Shown: piece by piece, positions 1 to 8,827 of the stretch
How the letters are laid out: every line of letters starts with the position of its first letter
Position numbering within the stretch: position 1 is the first letter of the stretch
Assembly (NCBI GenBank): GCA_016748015.1
Contig: JAAOMT010000276.1
Coordinates: 62,001-126,000, forward strand
Direction of reading: 5' to 3'
From: Geosiphon pyriformis uo1
Lineage: Eukaryota > Fungi > Glomeromycota
Length of the DNA: 64,000 nucleotides
Program-made: the position numbers and the translations under genes
Notes under the pieces: generated by a model
Told to the model about the DNA's origin: nothing
The model's input: the letters and a program-made list of their open reading frames with translations, nothing else
Database searches by the model: none

Positions 1-12
1 TAATGTTTCTAT

Positions 13-908
13 TGTTACAGATAATTATTTCTGTTGTTGTATTGAATAACAAATCCATAATTTGGTCCTCAAAAGCTACTTTCATGGATGATGTGCAGAA
101 GATATGGTATCTGAAGGTTTTGGTTGATCTGAAGGTTTTGTTGTGGAGTTTTTTGTATAATGGACAGAGATTCAGTGGTGATGGTAATAGTTTTTCTGAA
201 GTCGCAATTATGCCCAATTTCTTTCTCAGCTTGGCGGCCGGATTTATTTTGGCAGTCGTGCCCTTTTGGTAAGCTATCTGTTAATATATATAATTCTACC
301 CTTATTTCTGGGTCTTTTACCAGGCTATCCTTGATGTCAATAATTCAGTGCTTAATCTTTTTACTTAATTAATATACAACAACAAAATCAAAAAAAGAAA
401 AAAAAAGAAAAATAAAGAAAATAAAAATAAAAAAAATAAAGAAAATAAGCCAAGGCAATTCGGTATGTTAGTATCTCATCAATAGTCATGATCAAGAGCT
501 ATTGTTCCAGTGTGGTTAAGTATCAATTACTATCAACATGAAGTGTTGATAGTGGAGAGTGGATTAAGATATAGAATAATTATTTATTTGATGATTGGTT
601 TCTTGGCTAAGGATTCTGTGGTATCGATTCTGTCTTTTCTGTTTCTAACACTACTGCTATATATACATAATTGGGATTTCTCAATTCCTCAATTCTTTAT
701 GACAGGAATTCTGAAATTCCTGGAATCCTGCAATTCCTTTGAGAGGAATCCTGGAATTCTGGAATTCTGCAATTTCTCGTCAGGGAATCCTGAAATTTCT
801 GGAATCCTACAATTCCTGAAAGGAATCTTGAAATTCCACATTTACTATGCTTACTTCTGATTGGCTAATAATTATGCTAATATATTTCCTATATTTCTAT
901 GAGTAACA
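13..908 (-). repeat. 3' LTR of element 1
   Basis: Aligns with 8023-8827; starts TGTTAC and ends GTAACA; adjacent to the PPT. Confidence 0.95.
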
Positions 909-924
909 TTATTCCTTCCTTTTA
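909..924 (-). promoter_or_regulatory. Polypurine tract of element 1
   Basis: Minus strand reads AAAAGGAAGGAATAA directly before the 3' LTR. Confidence 0.85.
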
Positions 925-1581
925 ATATTGGGCTCTGTCGAAATTTAACTTATGTAATTCCCCTTCTTGAAGTATTTCCTGGATTTTGTTTTCGAGAATT
1001 ACTTGTGTTATTTGGGTCTGTAATTTTTCAAATTAAGCATTGGTGATTTTTCCCAATTGATTACTGGTAATCATATCCATTGCTCTGTTGAGCAATATTT
1101 CTGGTTTATCCTGAAATGCTGTGTGTATTCGGTATATGGCTCGGGCTTGTGTGGATAAGTTGTTCTTTCCTACAAAATGTTCTAATTGTTGTAGTATTCT
1201 TTTGTCAAATAATTGCTTTGTTTTATCTGTATATAGATTCTAGATATTTATGTGTTGTCCCAAGTAAAAATAACAATAGTTTCGTGAAAATTGTTGTATC
1301 CACCAATTCCAAGTTTCTTTAGTCAATTCTTGATATAGTGACTCTTTTGTCGATTCTTTTATTGCTAATTTTACTTTTGCTATGATTTTGTTCACAGTAT
1401 TTTCAGTTTTTTTCTGTGTTCTGAGTTGAAATGTCTTTCTAATATCTTGATATCAAATGGTTTGTTGATTAATTGTAATCTCCATTTCCTGGTGTTGGAT
1501 TAATTGAAAGAGTTGTTGTGCTAGTGAGTAAATGTTGTCTGTAATTTCTATTTTTCTGATATTTCCTGTCACATCTACCAT
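922..1581 (-). pseudogene. Element 1 ORF3 (env position, about 219 aa, unknown function)
   Basis: Hand translation in one frame, MVDVTGNIRKIEITDNIYSLAQQLF...YFYLG...RAIYRIH...LGKIT..FDRAQY*; three internal stops are each explainable by C>T; homologous to 19206-19852 and 56384-56681. Confidence 0.8.
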
Positions 1582-1605
1582 GTTTTTATATATTCTTTTG
1601 ATGGA

Positions 1606-2988
1606 TCAATTTAATGTGTTATTGTCAATAATAATGATTGGTTTCAGATCTCGTGGAATCTCATCTGGTTGGACTAATATTTTCTGTACTTCTAATTGTG
1701 GAATATTACTGGTAGATGGTAGTGTGATGTTGTGATATGGTTTCAGTCAATCTCCATGTGCTGATTTGGTTAAAATTTTGTTATCCAATCTTAATTTGTA
1801 AGCTCCATTTTCTAGAATTTCTTTTATGTGAAATGGTCCATCCCATTTGGAGTCAAATTTTCTATTTTATTGTTTTTCTGCTTTGGTATGATGTAGTAAT
1901 ACTTTGTCTCTGATCTTGAATTTAACTGGTTTGTCTGATAGTTGACTATCATGTCTTTCTTTCTGTGTTTCTTGTGACTTTTGGATATTATCAGCTGCTC
2001 TTCTTCATTTGTTTTCCAATGTTTCTATTAAGTCATATGTTCTTCTCAGCAATGTTTCTTGAAAATTTTCCTCTGTTATTGGTTCAGCTGGATATGTATT
2101 AATTTTTCTCTCTACTGGTAATGTTGCTATTCTCTCATATATTAATTCAAATGGTGTTGCTTGTGTAGTATCCTGTTTCGTTGTCCAATAAGCAAATAGT
2201 ACTGATGGTATGAACAAATCCCAATTGTTCTGGTTTTCTTGGCTGAGCTTGGCTATTGCTTCACACAATGTTCTGTTGAATCTTTCTACTAATCTATTAG
2301 TTTGTGGATGGTATGGTGATAATAATAGTCTCTTGATTCTGAATCTTTGGCTCAATTCTGTTAATGTTCTGTTCACAAAATGAGTTCCTTGGTTTGATAA
2401 TAATTCTTTTGGACATCCATGTTGACAAATCAAATCCTGATGAACAAATTCAGCAACGGATTCTGCATCCGCTCTTTGAATTGCTTTCGCCTCTGGCCAT
2501 TTAGTAAGATAGTCTATAGCTACTGCTATGTATCTGTTTTCTTTGCTGGTGATTGTTAATGGTCCGACTAAATCAATTCCCATACAGTCAAATGGTTGTC
2601 CCACTTTGATTGGTCTTAATGGTTCACTGGGTCTTGTTCCTCCTTTTCACTAACAAGCATCACAATTTTAAACATATTGAATGATGTCTGGGTATATTAA
2701 TGGCCAATAGTATCTTTTTCTAGTTCTTTCCATGGTTGCTTCTTTGTGAAAATGTCCTGCTGTTAGATTTGAGTACATGTTGAATAATATTGTCTCTTTT
2801 TCTGGCTCCGTAATTACTTTGGTTGGTTGATCTGGATCCCTTCTATTTTTCCGATAAAGTATATTTTGGTAAGTAATAAAATATTTTGATTGTTGTTTAA
2901 TACTCCTTCATTTTGTATAAGATAAATTCTCTTTGAACTGTTAAGTGTTTAGATAATGTTGCAATTGTTGATATTTTTGTATGTTCAT
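1606..2988 (-). pseudogene. Element 1 integrase (stand-alone ORF)
   Basis: ATG at 2988; GIDLVGPL, AIDYLTKWPEA, VERFNRTL, WDGPF; includes ORF 2005..2604; internal stops. Confidence 0.93.
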
Positions 2989-3051
2989 CTTTTGTTGTAT
3001 TTTTCCGTTGGTATTGTTCTGGTTTTATTATATTTTTGGATTAAAATGTTC

Positions 3052-6000
3052 TTAGATTTGTCTTATTCGTGATAAACCGTCAGCATTTCCATTGTCTTTT
3101 CCCTTTTTATAATGTATAGTATAATTGTATGGTACAAATGCCATTTTCTATCTTGACTGTCTTTCATCTCCAAATTCTTGTTTTTGGAGTGATGTTAATC
3201 TCTTGTGATCTGTGTATATTTCAAACTTTTGACTCAAGTATTTTTTCCATTTTATGACTGTCCAGTATATTGCTAAGTGTTCTTGTTCCAGTGTTCCATA
3301 GTTCTTTTTGGCTGGTGTTAAACCTCTGCTGGCATATGCTACTGGATGTTCTCTGCCATTTAGTCCTCTCTGAGATAATACTGCTCCCAATGCTTGACTG
3401 GATGCATTGGTGGTGATGATAAATGGTTTGCTATAATCTGGATAGATCAGTACTGGAGCTTGGATGAGCTTTTTTCTCAGAATATCAAAAGCTTCTTGTT
3501 GACTTTCTGTCCATTCATATTTCGTATTTTTGTTTTGCAGTTGATTGAGTGGCTGCACTATCTTGGAAAAGTTCTTGATAAAATGATGATAGTAGCTGGC
3601 GAATCCCAAGAATGATTTCAGTTCTGTTATATTGGTCAGCACTGGAAAGTTCTTTACTATCTCTATTTTCTCTGGATCCATTTTGATGCCGTCTTTGCTG
3701 ACTATGTGTTCTAAGAATTTGAGTTCTGTCTTGCCAAAGAAGCATTTTGTCACATTTAACTTTAGTCCTGCTCTTCTTAGTCTTTCGAACACTTGTTGAA
3801 GATAATGAAGATGATCATCAAACATCTTTGAGAATACATTGGTGTCGTCCAAGTATACAACTACTGATTTCCATAATAAGCCAGTATAAATAATTTCCAT
3901 TAGCCGTTGGAAAGTTGCTGGGGCATTGGTTAAGCCAAATGGCATTACTTCAAATTCGAAATTCTCTTCTCTAGTAATAAATGCCGTCTTCTCTTTGTCA
4001 GCTGGATTTATGGCTACTTGCCAGTAACCACTGTCCAAATCTAATGTGGAGAATCATTTGTTCTCACCGAAAGCATTGAATAATTTTTGTATTTGTGGAG
4101 TTGGATAACTGTCTCCACGAGTTATATCATTGAGTTTCTTATAGTCTACACAAAACTGGATTTTTCCATTTTTTTTACGGACAAGTACTACTGATGACAA
4201 CCATAGACTCATTGATAGTTGAATTAGCCCATTGTTAAGCATTCTGTTTATCTCTTGACAAATAATCTCATGGCTGGCTGGTGGCACTCTGTATGCTCTT
4301 TGTTTGATTGGCATTGCATCTCTAGTCTTAATCTGATGCTGGATGATGTTAGTTCGGCCAAACTTATTTTCACTGGCAAAGATGTTATTGAAATTGTTGA
4401 GTAATATCTTAAGCTGCATACATTGGAGTGGATCTAAGTTTCCCATGTTTATTTGTTCTAATTGTTTTGGTTGGAGCAAATAACATTTGTCTTGTCCATA
4501 GATTGTTTGTGATGTGATTTCAACATATCCACAAAGTTGTGGAAAGTCTGGAATGGGGTTTGGTGGTTGGTCTTCTATTTCTGTAGTTAAATATCCGATG
4601 GTGGTTCCTTCTGGTATGTTGATGACATTGCCAGTGTTGTTGTAGATGGGAATTTTTATGCTGCTATAGCTTTTGGCTGGTATGTAGAGATTGATCAACC
4701 CAATCTCTCCTGATTCACAAAGGGTTGCTTCCACTTCAAAAATCTGTTCTTGCTCTTTTTCCTTCCTTTCTATTGCTAACATGTACTGGCTATATGGTGG
4801 AATGGAAATAGCTTGACCAGTTGAGATAATTTCTCCTTGGCCAACAATTTCTTCCTCCGCCATATTAACTGGTATATCTGTTTTACCCATTGATCCAAAT
4901 CCTTGTATTCCTCTCACTGTTATTCCTAATTTCTCCCTCTTTCCTACTGACACTAACTGAGCTACTCTAATCAGAGGCAGGAATATTGCCTGTGCTATCT
5001 TTTTGTTGGGCTCTATTATATAGGCTTTTTCTGAGTCATTTTGTAGCATGGTGATAATATTTTCTACATATTTCATGTCAATTATTCCTTCTCTTATATT
5101 GATCCCTCTTTTCACTAAACTACTCCTAGATATTAATTGAACTATTGTTGTTGCCGGAATTTCTAGTGCTATTTTCAGATCAATACAGGTGCATGAATGC
5201 GGTTTTAATTTGATGGCATTTTTTTCTGGATATCTTAGATCAAACCCTGCATCCATATTATACACACATTCTGGCATAATACCTTTCCCATTGTCACTAT
5301 ACCATTTCAACTCTTGTTCCTTGGAGAGATCTGGTAGTGCAATGTATTATTCATAGTTTAAATCGGGTTTTGAATCTGAGTCTGAATTGTTTTTGTCATC
5401 ATTGCCATTTTGAATGGAGCTGGAACCAGTGTTTTTGTCATCATCATTGGAGTTTGGATCACGATTGATCAGCGATTCTGATTCTGATGCACAGCTGCTG
5501 ATTGGTTCTTCTTCTTCAGGGATCAAGTAGATTATGCATGATGGTGGATTGTAAATGAGGTCACAATCGTCACAATATTCAAAGTCACTGGGAATTAAAC
5601 AATGGCAACACAGTTTTGTATTTAACTGTGCTAGCCATTGTTCTTGCTCTTCTTTAGTGGGTGCCAAGTTTTGGTAGTGTTTATAGAACTTTTCTGGTTC
5701 TAGAAAATTTATAACTGGCTCTGCATCTCAGTTAAGCTCGATGGGTTCTGGTGGGTTGTTTTTAATTGTCCGGATTTTTTCTGGTGATGTGCCTTCAATT
5801 TTGGCAGTTGCCATTCTCCAAATTTTGTCATTGTCATATGGACAACTGTCTAATCGTCATATTGCTCTTTGCCAAGCGGTTTCGATTGGTGTCCCTTTTT
5901 TAACCCAGTTGCTGATCAGAATCGTGTATTAACACTCTATATCGCACATTCCTCCACATCCAGGAATGTTATGCCACATTCCTTTGTCCAAGAGAGTCTT

Positions 6001-7960
6001 TCCACAAGTTAAGCATGGCTGATTGTCCTATTTCCCTACTTGTTTTGGTCTTCCAAAGCATTCAAAGACGCATGGACAGCAATAGAACCTAGTTGCCATT
6101 GAATATTTCTTATCATCCCCACAGCATACGCCCATTAATGACAATTTCTTACCGCAATTGACACATATAAGCTTAGGTCAACAATAGGTAGATCGTTGTA
6201 GTATAATGTAGGTATTATAAGTGGTGGTGGTTTGGGTGGTCTCTTCTTTTTTTCCTTTTCTTTTATTTTCTTTGTCTTCTTCCTATTCCCAACTTGAAGT
6301 TGGTTCACTTTCGTCATTGTCGGTCCATGTTAGGTCATCAGTTTCCTAGGTAAGTTCTTCCTTTTGTTTCCCTTTTCTCTTGTTGCTATTGTCTCAGGAG
6401 AGTATTGGCAGTAGTTTGTTGTGCTCTTTGCCCGCCCACGACACTTGATAGGCTTCCCAGGTAGGCTTTTCTTTCTCCTCCTCCAGTTCGATCAATAGTT
6501 TCTCTTTTGGAGGAGTTTTAAAGTGGCCACACGTGGCCGGAACACATATGTATTGGCCCTGATATGTTAGCTGAAGTTCTTGGGTGTTCCAGTCTAACAT
6601 TGCGTTAACTTTGGATAGCCAGTTATTACCAACAAGAGCTTGATATTGAGTGGCTTCCATCACTAGAACTTTAATGGAAGTCATGATGCCATTAACTTTA
6701 AAAGGAAAGTCGTTGATTTTGCCAATTGGAATTTTGGTCGCTCCATTGGCTGTGATGATTCTGGTGCTGGCAGCTTGATTAACTCAGTGACCTAATTGAT
6801 TCATGAGTTGTCTTGTGATTATGCTGCCTGTGGAACTGCTGTCCAGAATTAATTTGATGTCGAGTGTCATTCTATCCGTTGGCTGCAATGGCCTTTTCTA
6901 TATCATTCAGCCATATTTAAGCATCATTCTCTTTGCCTGTAAAGTTGTCAAGTTTTGTGATTAGTGCATAGGCCATTGGATCTAAGTTAGGTGGTTGTGG
7001 TGGCTGTTGAAGCAGTTGTTGTTGTCTTGGCTGTTGGAATGGTAGCTGAAGTGGCTGCTGTATGGGTTTGACTATGAGATTAATCGGCAGTTGATCGATA
7101 ATGATTACCAGAGGTAAGTTTTGCTGATTAATTAATTCGGGGTTTTGATTTCTTTGATTTGGTGGTGTTCAAATATTTGGAGTTTCAATTTCCGGATTTT
7201 CTAACTGTTGCTGAGTTTGAATGTTCGGGGTTTCAACTTCCGGGTTTTCAGTGATCGGGTGCTAGTAAGTGAATTCTTGATCCTCTGATTCTTCTTCCTC
7301 CTTTTCTGATTCTGCTGCTTCTTATGGATCAGAGATTCCGAAATCTGGTGGAGATGGTGGTGATCGAAGTCTTGATGGAGTTGATGATCGCAAATTAAAT
7401 TCCTCAAAGTATTTGTTGTATAGTTCTAACAATTCTGTTTTTTTTTGTCTACTTTGGAATGGGAATTGTCCAAATGCTGATATCACAATTAATGGAAACA
7501 CATTGGTTGATAATATGTTGATGGCACTTTCAGATGTATAGTGGTATGATGGATTACTTGGGAATTCAACTCTGTTTTTCTTTCAAGCAGATGGCTGTAT
7601 TTTTCGGGGTGTTACTGCTGGTGTTTGTAATTTTCCTTTGCCTTTACTAGCATATGTAATTGGATATCTTTGTTGAGTGTGGTATTCAATTTCTTTGTTG
7701 ATCTCAGTGATGATGGATGCAAAATTATGGTTTGTTGATAGGTTGGTGTTTTGAATTAATTCCTTATAGAAAGTTTCTCTTGCTGATTCAGTATTTACTG
7801 GTGTTCCTAATAAAAAGGAAATCTTTTTGTTGATGTAGAAATTGAAGGCTGATTCGGCAGATATATGATTGTGGTTTAATCCCAAGTATTGACAATAGTG
7901 TTGAAATAAAGATTTTGCAAATCTTAAATGGTTTGCTTCTATAATTTCTGATTCTGCCAC
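3052..7960 (-). pseudogene. Element 1 Gag-PR-ZnF-dUTPase-RT-RNase H polyprotein, fragmented, with internal gag deletion
   Basis: ORF pieces 7583..7960, 6394..6684 (protease), 5347..5667, 4054..5310, 3148..4038 (MPFGLTNAPATFQ, YLDD, YASR); ends ADGLSRIRQI*. Confidence 0.92.
4885..5310 (-). pseudogene. dut: dUTPase domain of element 1
   Basis: Trimeric dUTPase motifs AGFDL, SRSSL, GIID..Y, KIAQAIF, RGIQGFGSMG. Confidence 0.93.
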
Positions 7961-8002
7961 TTTTGGTTTGGTGTTGTTGGTGCTGGTTTTCTGTAGGATT
8001 AT

Positions 8003-8020
8003 ATCTCACAGAGAGCACCA
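8003..8020 (-). promoter_or_regulatory. Primer binding site, probably tRNA-Ile(UAU)
   Basis: TGGTGCTCTCTGTGAGAT 2 nt inside the 5' LTR; complement of a tRNA 3' end ..CUCAC AGAGAGC ACCA; tRNA identity is inferred. Confidence 0.75.
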
Positions 8021-8022
8021 AA

Positions 8023-8827
8023 TGTTACAAGTGATTATTTTTGTTGTTGTATTGAATAACAAACCTGTAACTTGGTGCTCAAAAGCTACTTTTGTGGATG
8101 ATGTGTGGAAAGTATGATATCTGAAGGTTTTGGTTGATCTGAAGGTTTTGTTGTGGAGTTCTTTGTATAATGGACAGAGATTCAGTGGTGATGGTAGTAG
8201 TTTTCCTGGAGTCGCAATTATGTCCAATTTCTTTTTTAGCTTGGTGGCCAGATTTATTCTGGCAGTTATGCCCTTCTGGTAAGCTATCTGTTAATATATA
8301 TAATTTTACCCTTATTTCTGGGTCTTTTATCAGGCTATTCTTGACATCAATAATTCAGTGCTTAATCTTTTTACTCAATTAGTATACAACAACAAAATCA
8401 AAGAAAGAAAAGAAAATAAAAAGAAAGAAAATAAAAATAAAGAAAATAAAGAAAATAAGCCAAGGCAATTCGGTATGTTAGTATCTCATCAATAGCCATA
8501 ATCAAGAGCTATTGTTCCAGCATGGTTAAGTATCAATTACTATCAACATGAAGTGTTGATAGTGGAGAGTGGATTGAGATATAAAATAATTATTTATTTA
8601 ATGATTGGTTTCTTGGCTAAGGATTCTGTGGTATCAATTCTGTCTTTTCTGTTTCTAATACTATTGCTATATATACATAATTGGGATTTCTCAATTCCTC
8701 GATTCTTTATGACAGGAATCCTAGAATTCCTGGAATTCCTGGAATTCTGGAATTCCACATTTACTATGCTTACTTCTGATTGGCTAATAATTATGTTAAT
8801 ATATTTCCTATATTTCTATGAGTAATA
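8023..8827 (-). repeat. 5' LTR of element 1
   Basis: Copy of 13-908, 91 bp shorter, mostly in the GGAATTCC-type repeat block; followed by the PBS. Confidence 0.95.

Larger units (their letters stand above)
13..8827 (-). mobile_element. Ty3/Gypsy LTR retrotransposon (element 1), both LTRs present, decayed, dUTPase-bearing
   Basis: LTRs at 13-908 (TG..CA) and 8023-8827 (TG..TA, C>T); 4-bp TSD CTAT at 9-12 and 8828-8831; PBS and PPT present; PR-RT-RH-IN order on minus strand. Confidence 0.96.

Noticed and set aside
705-836. Short palindromic repeats resembling a CRISPR-like array
   Set aside because: No unique spacers, eukaryotic context, located inside an LTR
3-860. Plus-strand ORFs in the LTR, repeated at 8170-8825
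   Set aside because: They recur only because the LTR is duplicated; non-coding composition and no motifs
922-1581. ORF3 as an envelope glycoprotein
   Set aside because: No signal peptide, TM anchor or cleavage/fusion motif is visible
4885-5310. dUTPase as direct counter-defence to the C>T hypermutation
   Set aside because: dUTPase acts on the nucleotide pool, not on deaminated bases in DNA, and the elements carrying it are themselves eroded
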